Positions 39,961-56,366 of a stretch of DNA of 64,000 nucleotides are shown in pieces (the stretch's first letter is position 1; each line of letters opens with the position of its first letter). A program made the position numbers and the translations under genes. Location of the stretch: positions 178,684,001-178,748,000 of the forward strand of contig OZ024741.1 in the NCBI GenBank assembly GCA_964016885.1, written 5' to 3'. The stretch is from Eledone cirrhosa. Lineage: Eukaryota. The notes below the pieces were generated by a model. The model was given only the letters and a program-made list of their open reading frames with translations. It searched no databases and was not told the origin of the DNA.

Positions 39961-41444
39961 AATTTACACACCAAAAGGCAAATACTGTTCGCTTGCTAAT
40001 CGCAACGTCCTAGCTTCTAATTCTCTATGTGTCCCCGTAAATAGTTATTTCTTCAAAGTTACTCATATATTTAATCCTGAATGTCATTTGTACATACATG
40101 CTGAACATTTATGTAATCATATACTAGAAATAACGTATTAAAATATCATTCTTATCTTTAATCAATTTAACGTGTCAGCAATCAACATGAACTAGAGGAT
40201 TTCCCGTAAGCAAACCATTAATTCATCGAAATACAAATTTCCAAGTTTGTATGATTGTTCGCATATCCAGTAATCCTTGTATATATAGCACGGCAAACCT
40301 GAATTCGAAAAGGTAAATACAATCAACACTATTGACAGCATGGGCCCACAATTTATATTAAACCAATCGCAGATTCTGACAACTTATCGGACGTAAGGAA
40401 GCAGATGGCTTGTATTAATATTACTAAGAATAGTATTAATGAAGACTGAACTAAATGTTCCTTAACGCCAGACACCGTCATCGCGACGAGTAAGATTTGT
40501 TTGCTGTGTTAGATAATAAGTTACGTGTGGATATTGAGGAAATGCATTTTACATTTAATGTTATCGAGGCGCATGCTTTAATAGTTGTGGTGTTTGACTC
40601 AGAATCGTAACGTCATGTAGTGTATTTTGTCCTTGAGTAAGACAGTTTATTTCATGCTAAACCGTTAATGGTTTCAGACACTCCGACAAGACAATTTACT
40701 TGCATGATCAATTGATGACATGGTAATGTTCATGGAGAAAATTCGTAAACTAGAACTGAGTCACTGACATGGATGGACAGAACTACTTCGCTCCTTTGTG
40801 TCGTACAATGCATGGATAAAATTAGTTGCGAGGACACTAGTGCGAAGCTTTATCGACTGTTGCCGTTCCTGAGAACATCATATATGGTATACAAAGTGTA
40901 TATATAATGAATATAGTGTGTGTATATAGTAAATACATAGTGAATATATGTATTGCGACTACGCTGGTACCAAGCAGCATTGACCTTTGCCGTTCTCTTA
41001 GACAACACCCGGGTTGTAGGGGGGGGGACACTGGCATGCATGAGTGAATGTGAGAGAGGTACACCCATGGTCAGTCATGGCTGAAGAGGCCCCTTTCTTT
41101 CCTTTCCTTATTAGAGAGTAGAGGGAACTTCAGTAATGACGGATGTACTTATATGTATGTGTGTATATATGTGTGAAAGCGCATGGCTTAGTCGGTTTGC
41201 AATCGAAAGGTTGTGAGTTCAATTCTCGGACCGGGTGATGTGTTGTTTCCTTGAGCATGACACTTTATTTCAGGTTGCTCCAGTTTACTCAGCTGAAAAT
41301 GAGTACCAGCAATAGCTGGAGGTTTAACCCTGCGATGGACTGGCGTCCTGTCCAGGGGAGTGTCTTGTACTCTCAGTCGTTTCACGCCATGAAACCGGGA
41401 TAAGCACCGACCAAATAAGCCTTCTGGCTTAAGACAGACTTACG

Positions 41445-41600
41445 CCCAACTCCATTTTTCTAATCACCAAATGCTGAAGCTGGCGTATAACTGCACCAGC
41501 TTCTGCAATCCTTGCACTTAACTCAGCCTTCTGCTTTCCATCACTCGTGGACACGATCCCGAAATACTTTAACCTGCTTCTGTGGAATTCCACTCACATA
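41445..41600 (-). pseudogene. RTE-type RT C-terminal fragment
   Basis: KYFGIVSTSDGKQKAELSARIAEAGAVIRQL resembles the RTE KYLG...G...EI..RI..A motif. Confidence 0.65.
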
Positions 41601-44514
41601 TAGAGTGCACTAAGCAGGCTTTTCTGAGAGGAACAGTATATAAGCCTTCTCAACACTCATTTTTATTCATGCGTGCAGCACTCGGCAGTAAATCTATCAA
41701 GTGAATATTGGAGATAAGACAAGCTGTCATAAGATTACACAACACTTATCCAAGTCATGAGATATCATAATTATTTTGTAGGGGTATAATGCATAGTAAA
41801 AATGTCTACATTCTATACATCATAGACTTATGTATACTCTTTCCATGGTCTTAAAGAATGTCCGTTTCCACGGTAAACTTGTACATATTGATGTGTGAGA
41901 ATAGTGGAAGTCGAACATAAATAACAGCAATCCAAATGAAAACACTTTAAGTTTACAGACCTGGTATGGTTCAATGTGAAAGGTCATTCCATTTCTAGGA
42001 TTTACGTCCCTCCCATTGACACAGCGTAGCATCGGTAGCTATATACGAACCCATCGCTCTTTATTTAGTTCCGAAACACTCTAGCAGTTCTCCATTCTGA
42101 AACTTTCCCAGTAGTACATGTTAGAATAATATTTATCCTAGTTAAGGTTTTATCTATCATCATTTGTTAGTTTCCACATTCGTGTCAGATTTACTAATCA
42201 CATTGAAAAACAATGAAAATATCAATCTCTTCAGCCAAACAAAATCTATGAAATTGGTTCAATGTTGATGTTCAAGTCCACTTTGCACGGTACGAATCAG
42301 TGATAATCTTTTCGGAAGCCATACATCCAACATAATTTTAATTTAAATTTTTTATATTTTTTTAGTTATAATTCATAATGTGATCTTACGTTAAAAAGAT
42401 CTTCAAGTGGCAGTGTTACGTTACTTAATAATTTATACACACTAAATTTAATAATTATAAATTCATATTCATTATTGATTTCTAGCTTGAAACATAAAAC
42501 TGAAAATTATTAAGAAAATGGTGTATGAGATTCTGTAAAAGTTGTGCATTTTTCCAATAGAAGGAAATCGTGTTAATGAAGTTAATTTCATTAAGAAGTC
42601 CCCTTCGATTTTCTTGTTGTGTTGGTTAGTTTCTTATTTATCCTAGGCTTGATCATGGAGAAGAAAATTGGATTTGTAATCGTGTGTTTATGGCTTTCGT
42701 GTGTTTTCCAACAGAATTAGTATCATTTATGAAAGGAAGTAGCTACAGCTGCAAACATTCGTGAAGACATTTGTTAATACACATCACTAGCTCAGTTTGT
42801 CCTGACGTAAATATATTTCTACTAAAGTATTTCTACTAATGCGATAAAAGTGAGGTTGTGATAGTCATTCCTTTCACAATCACAGTAATCATATTCTTTA
42901 ATTGAAATTGTGTTATCCGAATTGTTTTCGTGATCTCGGCTTATTAAATTATCAAAAGCTCACTCAATGATCTACGGATTTCCACCAACCATCAATGCCA
43001 TTCATTATTGAGCGGTTGTGAGGGCGACGGATTGGTTGTGTCGTTAGAAAGTCGGAGAAATGCTTAACAATATGTTTTCGGGGTCTTTATTTTCTAAATT
43101 CGAATTAGGCGGTTGTCAATTTTTCCTTTCATTCTTCTGTGGTCGATTAAATATACCATTCGAGAACTGGGATAGATATAATAGACTTTCTCTTCACACA
43201 AAAATGTCTAGCCATGTGCCTAAATTAAAAACGTGTTGGACACATAAGAGAGAAATCTTTCTGTACAGCCAATTCTGTGGCTCAGATCTACTTTCCGAGA
43301 TTTCGCCATGAACATCACCACATCATCATTTTACCATGCAAGTAAAATATCTTATTCGTGTGTCTGAAATGATAAATGGTTAAAATATTTTCGGTGGCTA
43401 TCGTCCGTAACACTGTACAATATATCTCCAAGACTTAACTTGGCATTAAATCTTCGAGTGGATTTACATTAGGAATGCCATATAGAAATACCCTTAGAGA
43501 GTAAAACTTCGGAAAAATAATTTGATAAATACTTTCTGGCATTTTCTGAAGTTGGTGCAGCAAAGACATATTGCCGAGATCTGCTCAGCTTCATACAAGA
43601 AAAGACAGATCTCATGCCTTTAAATTTCCTGCAAAATGACAGCCAATATAAATCCTGTTTGACTAATACTAGTATTTGAATACTTGTGAATAATGATCCA
43701 GCTAAAAAGACACTTGGTTATTCTTAATCTCCAGCTATAATTGAAATGGAAATTCTATCCCACTTCTGTCTCCAAATTTATATAGTTATATAAATATATA
43801 AAGAAATTTCTGTTATTCAGAATGAAAAATTATATTATATAACAAACTGGAGGCTTACGTATGTTATATATTGAATAATGCTCTCCGTTTTGTTGTTATT
43901 TAAAAGTTGTGTATATCATGAACATAAATTTTAATTCGTGCAATGTTTGAGTGGGAGTGCAACTGTTTTTGTTGTTGTTGTTATTGTTCTTTCTCTGTTG
44001 CAGTTGCTGTTGTTGATGATAGCTGCAATGATGATGATGACGACGGCGATAATGACGGTGCCGATAATGAGGTGGCGGATGAAAATAAGGATGGGATATC
44101 TTATATCAGCGCTAACGGAATAGATAAATACCAGTGAATTTGGCGTATTTATTGAGGGGGGTATTTTGTTTTAAGATTTAAAACTTAATCATATGTTTCC
44201 CGTTTTTAATAGATAAAAAACGCAGTTTATTCATTTTTTAAAGAAGTAAACTGCTCCATTAAAGAGAGCAAGCAGTTTAATAAAATCGTTTTGCTGGAAC
44301 TCTCATGCCCTGTGCATATTAACTAACGGAACTATCATATATTTAACTCATTCTTTAAACGAGAAAATCAAATTGTAAAAGATAAAAAATGTTTTAAGGG
44401 CTTGGATAAGTTATAGCATGCAACAATTTCTCAAAAGAATTATGCAAACTTTTGTTTTTCATCTTTTTACTGTACATGCAATTTGCTGCACATACATATA
44501 CACGCATCTGTCTT

Positions 44515-44561
<47 letters not shown>

Positions 44562-44716
44562 TGTAAAAGTGATTTATACAAGGCTAGAAATGTATTTGGA
44601 ACTATCGAGAAATAAATATGTACTTTCTCTACGAATGTATTGAGTAGATTATTTAACCATGGCTCTTTTACGTTTCTCTTCAGAAAACTATGTTTAATTA
44701 TATATTTATATATATA

Positions 44717-44796
<80 letters not shown>

Positions 44797-45232
44797 TATG
44801 CGTGTGTAAATATCGAGATGCTTCTAATTTAAGTTGGTTTTTTTTCCATTTTTCGGCCAATATGTATTTTGGTCAGATGGAATCGCAATGTATATCACTG
44901 TCCATTTCTTCTTGACCCAGTCCGTATTATAACTCCAGGATTCGTTTCGATCCTCTTGTCAGTTTAAATAAGCATGTGCTAGATTTGTGTGGGCATCGAT
45001 GCATCGATGTTATCATGTACTATGTTTAGTACATGTATGAACTAATTCTTGTCTGTTTTAAATTGGCGTGCTACCATGTTGGACTATAGATATAGCTGCC
45101 AACTTGATCGTGTTTGTATACATATTAAAACTATAAAGATAAAGCTGCCAACTTGTTCATATATATACATACGTAGTAAAAGTATGCACTCAGTCCATAG
45201 AACGAGTTAACTATAATTATTTACAACAGTGA

Positions 45233-45291
45233 CATACACAGGTATTTAAGTTTCGTTGGGTTATACGCCCCAACTCATTCAGCCTGTTATG
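45233..45291 (-). ncRNA. Hammerhead variant with a 1-nt core insertion
   Basis: acagg CTGAATGA gttggg..cccaac GAAA cttaaa TA cctgt. Confidence 0.7.
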
Positions 45292-45298
45292 TAAACAA

Positions 45299-45710
<412 letters not shown>

Positions 45711-45720
45711 CATACATATA

Positions 45721-45791
<71 letters not shown>

Positions 45792-46056
45792 TATACATAC
45801 ATATATATATATATACTATGTATGTCGGGTCACTCTCGAGTGCTACTGGTAACATGTAACCCAGTACAACCTGTCGGATGGTCTGGTTGTCGGCGACAAT
45901 ACCGGCAGCCCTACCAAGTGTACTTGGCGAGGAGGCTGATTTTGGACACCCTGCAGTACAAAAAACAAAACCTGTCAAAGGGCGGAAGAACTCATAAAAG
46001 TCAACAGCCCTCCAATAATGTGTAAATATGTATATACATGTATGCATGTGTATGTA

Positions 46057-46128
<72 letters not shown>

Positions 46129-46164
46129 GATATATATATATGCATGTGTATGTGTATGTGCGGG

Positions 46165-46510
46165 GACATAGAAATAATCAGGCTGGATACCCGATCGCGC
46201 GGTTAAACCACTGGGAGTGAAGCACTCCTAGCCTTTGTCAGGGCATTCTTCTAGGAGAAGGCAACTCAGAAAACTGGGATAACTCCGATATAAAACCTGC
46301 AGCTCAGTAGTTACCGATGATGCTGATCTTTTCTTCTTTTCTGGTTATAACTATTGTCGCTCAGAGAGTAAGATTGGCTCAGTGCACAGTTTTTTCTCAA
46401 TTAAAAAAAAAATCTTCACGCACATGCATTGCACTATAGCATTAATTGATAAATATTAATAATGTTATATCGTGCAATGGCCATACTCGATAACGACGGG
46501 GCAGCCATCA
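46165..46510 (+). mobile_element. RTE 5'UTR-like repeat; a further unclassified repeat lies at 45823-46020
   Basis: gggcattcttctaggagaaggcaactc...taaaacc resembles the conserved RTE 5'UTR motif. Confidence 0.45.
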
Positions 46511-46673
46511 TATATATATTTAAATGAGTTGATAATGCAACCATATAAAGGCAAAGAATATTCTTAAAATTCAATAGGTAACAAACAGTTCAGAGTTTAA
46601 TCCGATCGGTAAATTTCCACTTATATTAGTGTTACAATCTCACAAAGATTAACAAGGATTTTAAATTAAAGCA

Positions 46674-46753
46674 TTTAATTGATTTACGACCGTTTCGTTG
46701 GGCTAAAAAGAAAATTCTAATCCTATTTGAATAACTCATCAGAATCGATTAAA
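46674..46753 (-). ncRNA. Type I hammerhead
   Basis: tttaatcgatt CTGATGA gtt...aac GAAA cggtcg TA aatcaattaaa; stem I 10/11 paired. Confidence 0.82.
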
Positions 46754-47078
46754 TACAAATAATATATACGTTACATGTCACAAATCTCCAGTGAAATAAT
46801 GAAACATGTATACAATAATAACAACTACTATCTATTTACCTATCTCTCTAGTTACCACTTTTTTGTTGCTGTTGTTATTGTAGCGCTACGTGTATATTAT
46901 GGCTAAAATATTACTATAATTTAATTAAATGAGAAGAAAATGAACTATGGAGATGGTCGGAGCAAAAGAAGAAGAAGAAGAAGAAGAAACTCGGTGATTT
47001 AAGCATCTTCGGATAGAATGTAGTGAATTAATTAAAATATATATTATTTTACTGTACATCCTGTCATTTTCACGGGTA

Positions 47079-47198
<120 letters not shown>

Positions 47199-50100
47199 CA
47201 TATATGTCAGCTTTCTTTTTAATATGGTGTAACATGGCAATTTTCACTGTCATTCTGTGAAATGTATTTGAAAGTTAAATGAATGCATTTCGTGTAAACA
47301 GACGCTACACTATTCAGTATTTGAAGTCCATGGTACACACGCCATCTGAGATTGAGTAAATACAAGAAACATTTAGTTTACTTTGCAACTATGTTGATAA
47401 GTTCTGTATTATGTAAACTGAATTTCGACGAATATCCTGCGTCTTACTTAATTCTGACCACTCTTTTCAACAACCGAACATTCTATTATTTATCGGAGAA
47501 AGAGTCATTGTCTAAAATCCTTTCTTTAAAGAAGTATGTTTGTTCGAGTAAGATGTTGATGCAAGGGATTTGTGTTTATTAATAAGGTTCTAAGAAAGTT
47601 GGTTCCTGATATAAAGCTGAAAAAGAATGATAAAACATTCAAATAGACTTCTGAACGAAAAGCTTTAATGTTTTGATATGAGATGCAGGAATCAGGTAAA
47701 ACGATATGTCTTTATTCTAAGTTTCAGGTTATACACCGTGATAAAAAATTAGACTCTTCTCTGCCTTTTCACTCTCTTTCTTTCTCTCTCACTTTCTCTC
47801 TTTTTATCCTTTTCTCTCCTCCCCTTCTCTCGCTCTATATTTATTCTTTTCTCTCTTCGCAACCTCCATCCTTCTCCCTCACTCCCCTATTTCATTGTCC
47901 GTTTATTTATTTGTCTTGAACCTTCCATTTTTTTATTCATTATTTCATAGCCTGGATTGGCAGAATCCGTAGAACGTCGGACACCATTAATGCAGGATAT
48001 AGACAATGACAGATATACCATAATACATCCGAATCATATGTTTATTAATTGAGGTATGAATTATTAATTCTATTATTACAACAACTATCTCAAATTCTGC
48101 TGAGGTTAACTTTGTCTTTCATCCTTACGGGGTCGATAAAATCACCAGTAATGCACTGGGGGTCGATTTAATCGATTTTCCCCAAAAACATTTCATAACC
48201 TCAACGTATCTGATTCACAGTCTATCATGGATGGTGAATTGACAAATTCAATCGGGTGTCAGATTAAACGCTTCGCGGTGTTCGTTCCGGCTCTCTATGA
48301 TCTGAGTTCTAATCCCGGCGATGTTAAATTTGCTTATCTTTTCTTTCAGCCATTCACCTTTTACCGCTTTCAATCGAACCATTGTTTATTACATAAACAA
48401 AATAACTGGTATCCTATTTTATATATTTGTATGATGGGGTTCAGTTACGAGATTTGATTTGTATTTTACCGTATTTTATCGATGGAAACAAACTTTTTTA
48501 TTTAAATTGATTCGACAGAAACTCTGTGGAAGCCCATTTAGTCGACTGTAGATGTTCTTGAGAGGTAGACTTATTATTTCGTCCCCAAGGATGAATTATG
48601 GGAAATGACACGGGAATCGAGTATCAAGGGAAGATGGGCATTATCTTATTCAAATATGGGGCACGATAATCTTTTAAGAGCTTAGTATCGAAAGGAATTA
48701 ACCCACCCTTGCTACCATCACTGTCTCTTGGGTGCATCTAGCCGAGTCGGAATCTTTGTCTTCTATCTTTATCTTACTGGTCTGAGATTAACACTTTAAT
48801 TGCGATTGTTCCCCCTGTCTGCGGCAGTGAAATGGTGGAATCGTTAGCGCATCGGATGAAATAACTGTTCGTATATGTTCCAGCTTTTTGCGTTCCGAAT
48901 TCAAATTTATTAATTCATCACCACTTTAGTATTACTCTATATTTACTATTGTATTTTCATAGTAAACAGTTTATCTCACATATTATCGAATCTACGAACT
49001 TTTGATATTATTCATTTTGAGAACAATACCTTAACATAAGTATGAGCAGCCGATCACGGCCGGTTTCAATTGACAGAGGTGAGAGATTCTGGCCGGACAT
49101 AGCTGGTTTAAATGCTAAAATGTTAAATACCACAACCTAATCGTTGTATCTCTTTAGTGTGGTCCACTCTGCCGCATGCATTCAGACCAGGTCTCCGCAT
49201 CGAAGAAGCCTTCCACCCTACCAGTCATGAAGGTTCGGAAAATGATCCTGGCCATTGACTTTCCCTCCTGAGTAACGAAATCCAACTGCATCATACCTTT
49301 GAACTTTAAACTCATGACAATACTATTTCTTCATACATCCACTTTTTCTCCACCACAACACTCTCTCTCCTCGTTTCTTTCCCGACAATTTTATTTAATT
49401 TCTTCACTAGATTTGATCTATCTCTTTTTCTCTCTCCCTCTCACCTCTTTTTCTTCCCGTAACTTTATATAACTCGTTTTATAATTGTTTCTTACTTTCA
49501 CTCCTATTATTTTAGCTTCGATATCCGACTTGTCTGTCAGTGTAAATGTCCATCAATCGATATGTCCATCTTGCACATACTTGGACTCTCTTCGAAATAT
49601 TAAAGTAGCACATACAATATTAGTAGCGGGTGTAGAAAAGCAATGCAAATATAAAAATAGATATTGGAATAAAGTATCATAAAACAGGCCGAACCATATC
49701 AACGGAGGGGGACTGCTTTACTCCCATAAAATCTGCCAGATTATAATCTTACATATTCTCAATTCAATAAAAAAAAAAAAAACATGTATTACTGATAATT
49801 CGTAGCCACAAGGTTCAAAAGGCGTTTGTTCTACAACACTACTACATAATGGTTTCTGATTAGGCACAAAGCCAATAATTTTCGGGTAGGGAAAAGTGGA
49901 TTAGATAGTCACTAGTGTGGTACGGGTACTTTATTTTATCGACCCCGTAACGATAAAAGGCAAAACTAACCTCGGCGGGATTTGAACTCAGAACGTAAAG
50001 AGACGTAACTATGTGCTGCAAGTCATAACGAAATCCTTGAAATTAATAAGGAAACAATTCACTATGGTTCATTTGACACAAATTGATTAAGTCACACTAT

Positions 50101-50351
50101 ATTAATGACTGTATCTAGGTAAGTGCAAGAATATGTATAAGTACGTGTGCACTCACTGTGACGGATATGCCGCGGTTTCTATAATCACACACACATCTAT
50201 ATATATATGTATATATTTACGTACGTATAGCACGGAGTGCATGTGTATAAACACACACATACCGTGTTATATTTTGACGGTATTGCATTAGCTCAATGTA
50301 CGAGAACAGAACCGTTATATGTAAAAGAACGCTTATATACTCAAACAGATT

Positions 50352-50406
50352 TTAATTGCTTACAATGTTTCATCCATACCATTGGGTAGAGTTCATCAGA
50401 GCTTAA
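50352..50406 (-). ncRNA. Type I hammerhead
   Basis: ttaagct CTGATGA actc-tacc-caat-ggta-tggat GAAA cattg TA agcaattaa. Confidence 0.72.
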
Positions 50407-51040
50407 TAAACACAGTGTTGAGTATAAGCTCTACCAAGCTTAGTCACACGAACAATCGGAATACAATAGAGGGTAAAGATAGGGAGATCGGAGATGGCGA
50501 ATAAGGAGAGAGTACATGCTGGGGTTGTTAAGCACCACAGCTAAATGCCAGGGCACAAGCAGATCTCACAAGATGCAAATACAATTGATTGCACACAAAA
50601 TCAAAAAATACAAACAATGGTTAAAACATAATAAAAAAGAAAAAGGAAGATAATATAAAGAGATAAAAAGTGAATAAAAAGGTAGAAGATTTTTTTTAAA
50701 AGGAAAGAAGTGAAAAAAGAAAAAAGAAAGAGTGTTAAGCACATAAAAAAGCCAGAGTAATTTAAGCGCTTGTCCCTATATAAGTGAATAGGATCTCAGT
50801 AACTTATAGTTATGGAAGCACTAATATGTATAGAAATATATTACGGGCAGATGCCTGGATGCGTTGTATAAGAAGTTCGTCCGACAAGACCTACATCTGG
50901 CTCCGTTTCATTGCGTGATGTTTGGGTCCAGTATCTTCTATTGAAGCATGTCGTATACACAGACATACACACACAAATATATATATATATATATAATTTT
51001 ATCTACATATATGTTTACACGCATACATATGTATGTACAT

Positions 51041-51102
<62 letters not shown>

Positions 51103-52459
51103 ATATATATATATATATATTATATATATTATATATATAAATATTATATATATTATATATATATAATATATATATATTATATATAAATATTATATATATA
51201 TATTATATATATATTATTATATATATTATTATATATATTATATATATATATTATATATATATTATATATATATATTATATATATATATTATATATATATA
51301 TTATATATATATTATATATATATATATTATATATATTATATATATATATTATATATATATATATATATTATATATATTATAGAGATAGATATTATATATA
51401 TATTGTATATATATATTATATATATATATAAGGGGCGGTGGATTGGCAGTATCGGTAGAGGCTCTAACGCCATGCTTTTCAGCATAGTTACGTCCCTTTA
51501 CGATCTGAGTTCAAATCCCGCCGAGGTTGACTTTGCCTTTCATCCTTACGGGGTCGATAAAATAAAGTACCAGTAATGAACTGGGTATTTGCTGGCCTTG
51601 TGCCTAAAGTAGAAACAATTATATATATATATATAATTTTATCTACATATATGTTTACACGCATACATATGTATGTATATATATATATATATATATATTA
51701 AATATATATTATATATATATATTAGATATATATATATTATATATATATATTATATATATATATATATTATATATATATATATATTAAATATATATTTTAT
51801 ATATATATATTAAATATATATTATATATATATATTATATATATATATATTATATATATATATATTATATATATATATATATTATATATATATATTAAATA
51901 TATGGTCCTCTCTGTATTATGGAACGAAATACTCGTTGAAGAAGCCTTTCCTCGTTCGTCTCTTCTCTAGAAGTCTTATATATTTTTTATGTGGGCTGAT
52001 AGTGATTAGATTAAGGAATTGCAGAAACCCAAGACGCTAGATTTAATATCTTTCTAGCGGGTCCGGGTGAGTTTTTTACATTCATTTAATTTATTAATTT
52101 ATTGATATTTTATTTGAGTGACCCGAATGTCCCTGGTCGCTCTTTTTCGGCTGCATGGGTGATTTTAGGCATGATCTCTATGTGTTGGTATTTTAACGAT
52201 ACTTATAGCTCTAATTTTTCCAAATTATTGAGCCCTCTGCCACATATATCGGATATTGTTTATCGTGATTTCGTGGGCTGGTATTCCGATCCTCGATTAT
52301 TCTACTATATATATATTATATATATATATTATATATATATATTATATATATATATATATATTATATATATATATATTATATATATATATATATTTATATT
52401 ATATATATATTATATATATATATTTATATTATATATATGTTATATATATATTATATATA

Positions 52460-52528
<69 letters not shown>

Positions 52529-52566
52529 ATTTATTGATGTCACTGCTTATTCCATGATCGACATGT

Positions 52567-52770
52567 AAGAAAAACCACAGACCCTCCATCTCAAATCTAC
52601 TTTTGAAAAGCAGAAGAACTGCGAAACCGGTAAAGGAACCAAATAATATATATATTTTTTTAAATAAGACTCCAGTTGCATTTCGATTTCATCTTCTTTT
52701 CTTTATACTTTCACTTGTATAGGACACCTCGGTTATTTTTCATTTTGTAAAAAAAAACTCACTTTCTAAT
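52567..52770 (+). mobile_element. Family E element with a U3-A8 hammerhead (52600-52635); partial copy at 54398-54514
   Basis: ctt TTGAAAA gcag-aagaa-ctgc GAAA ccgg TA aag. Confidence 0.72.
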
Positions 52771-52884
52771 ATATATATATGTATATATTATATATATATG
52801 TATATATGTATATATTATATATATATATATATTATATATATATATTATGTATTATATATACATACATATTATATATATATATAT

Positions 52885-52916
<32 letters not shown>

Positions 52917-53103
52917 ATTTATATATATTTATATATATTATAATATATATATATAACATATATATATATATGTATTATATATATATATATATATTATATA
53001 TTATATATATATATATATATAATATATATATATAATATATATAATATATTATATATACATATTATATATATATATATATTATATATATATTATATATACA
53101 TAT

Positions 53104-53135
<32 letters not shown>

Positions 53136-53200
53136 ATTATATATATATTATATATATATATTATATATATATTATATATATATTATATATATATATATAT

Positions 53201-53310
<110 letters not shown>

Positions 53311-53327
53311 TAATATATATATATATA

Positions 53328-53687
53328 TAAAATAAAGTTAAATAAAAGTCAAATGATTAAAATTTAGCTTCGTTTATTACTGCTATATATATTTCAGTGA
53401 CAGCCATCTTAGGCTGTGACCTCTTCAGGCAGTTTGAATTAGTATGGTATAGACATAGTATGGTATATACCATACTAATTCAAACTGCCTGAAGAGGTCA
53501 CAGCCTAAGATGGCTGTCACTGAAATATATATAGCAGTAATAAACGAAGCTAAATTTTAATCATTTAACTTTTATTTAACTTTATTTTACACTAATCCGG
53601 AGTAACCAAACCAACCTGCGCACTTCGTCGAGTGCTCCAGCCTGCATACTAAGGTGTTGGCATACAACCAACATAAACTCAAAATCT
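53328..53687. mobile_element. Fold-back element (124-bp arms 53328-53451 / 53466-53589; ~97 nt tail) in (TA)n
   Basis: Near-perfect inverted repeat with a hammerhead in each arm. Confidence 0.92.
53484..53538 (+). ncRNA. Canonical type I hammerhead; mirror at 53379-53433 (-)
   Basis: actgc CTGAAGA ggt-c-acagcc-taagat-ggctgt-c-act GAAA tatata TA gcagt. Confidence 0.9.
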
Positions 53688-53863
53688 ATATATATATATA
53701 TATATTATATATATATATAATATATATATATATATTATATATATATTATATATATAATATATATATATTATATATATATATTATATATATATATTATATA
53801 TATATATTATATATATATATTATATATATATTATATATATATTATATATATATATTATATATA

Positions 53864-53925
<62 letters not shown>

Positions 53926-54108
53926 ATATATATATTATATATATATTATATATATATATATTATATATATATATATTATATATATATATATTATATATAT
54001 ATATATTATATATATATTTATTATATATATATTATATATATATTATATATATATATATTATATATATATTATATATATATTGTATATATATATATATATT
54101 GTATATAT

Positions 54109-54140
<32 letters not shown>

Positions 54141-54728
54141 ATATATTATATATATATATATTATATATTATACATATATAATATATATATATATTATATA
54201 TATATATTATATATATATATATTATCTATATATATATATATTATATATATATATATTATATATATATATATTATCTATATATATATATATTATATATATA
54301 TATATATTATCTATATATATATTATATATATATATATTATATATATATATTTATATTATATATATATTATATATATATTATATATATATATATTATATTT
54401 TTTTAAATAAGACTGCAGTTGTATTTTCGATTTCACCTTCTTTTCTTTATACTTTCACTCGTGTAGGACACCTCGGTTATTTTTCATTTTGTAAAAAAAA
54501 ACCCACTTTCTAATATATATATATATATTATATATGTATATATGTATATATTATATATATATATATTATATATATATATTATATATTATATATACATACA
54601 TATTATATATATATTATATATAAATATATATATATATATATAATTTATATATATTTATATATATTATAATATATATATATATAATATATATATATATATA
54701 TGTATTATATATATATATATTATATATG

Positions 54729-54766
<38 letters not shown>

Positions 54767-54798
54767 TATATGTATTATATATATATATATTATATATG

Positions 54799-54847
<49 letters not shown>

Positions 54848-54944
54848 TATTATATATATATTATATATATATATTATATATATATTATATATATATATTA
54901 TATATATATTATATATATATATTATATATATATTATATATATAT

Positions 54945-54977
<33 letters not shown>

Positions 54978-55003
54978 ATATATATATATATATTATATAT
55001 ATA

Positions 55004-55034
<31 letters not shown>

Positions 55035-55131
55035 ATTATATATATATATTATATATATTATATATATATATTATATATATATATTATATATATATATTAT
55101 ATATATATTATATATATAATATATATATATA

Positions 55132-55321
55132 TAACGAAGGAAATGTGGTAAGGAACCAGCTGGACCATAACGCACCAAAGTACTCAATACTTGGGGTAGT
55201 AGAGTGGGTAATAGGAACCAGTAAGACCCCGACGGCTGAGCTCAAGCCGTTTCGACGGCTAATTCTGGACTGAATTAGCCGTCGAGACGGCTTGAGCTCA
55301 GCCGTCCGTGTCTTACTGGTT

Positions 55322-55326
<5 letters not shown>
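55132..55326 (-). mobile_element. Family D hairpin element, copy 3 (arms 55211-55265 / 55272-55326; tail on the left)
   Basis: Reverse-oriented homolog of 45451-45651; (TA)n on both sides. Confidence 0.88.
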
Positions 55327-55378
<52 letters not shown>

Positions 55379-55507
55379 ATATATATATTATATATATATA
55401 TTATATATATTATATATATATATTATATATATATATTATATATATATATATATTATATATATATATTATATATATATATTATATATATATTATATATATA
55501 TTATATA

Positions 55508-55622
<115 letters not shown>

Positions 55623-55682
55623 ATTATATATATATATATTATATATATATATATTATATATATATATATTATATATATATAT

Positions 55683-55713
<31 letters not shown>

Positions 55714-55810
55714 GTATATATATATATTATATATATATATATGTATATATATATGTATATATATATATTATATATATATATGTATATATATATATTATAT
55801 ATATATATAT

Positions 55811-55845
<35 letters not shown>

Positions 55846-56323
55846 TATATATATATATATTATATATATATATATATATGTATATATATTATTATATATA
55901 TATATATTATATATATATATATATATGTATATATATTATATATATATATATATATTATATATATATATATATTATATATATAAATATTATATATATTGTA
56001 TATATATTATATATATATTATATATATTTATTTTATATATATTATATATATATATATATTATATATATAAATATTATATATATTGTATAAATATTATATA
56101 TATTGTATATATATTATATATATTTATTATATATATTTATTATATATATATAATATATATATATATTATATATATATTGTATTTATATATATATATATTG
56201 TATATATATATATATATATATATATTGTATATATATATATATATTATATATATTATATATATATATATATATTATATATATTATATATATATATTATATA
56301 TATATATATATTATATATATATA

Positions 56324-56366
<43 letters not shown>

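Noticed and set aside
46165-46300. HDV-like ribozyme in the RTE 5'UTR-like repeat
   Set aside because: Could not build the nested double pseudoknot by eye
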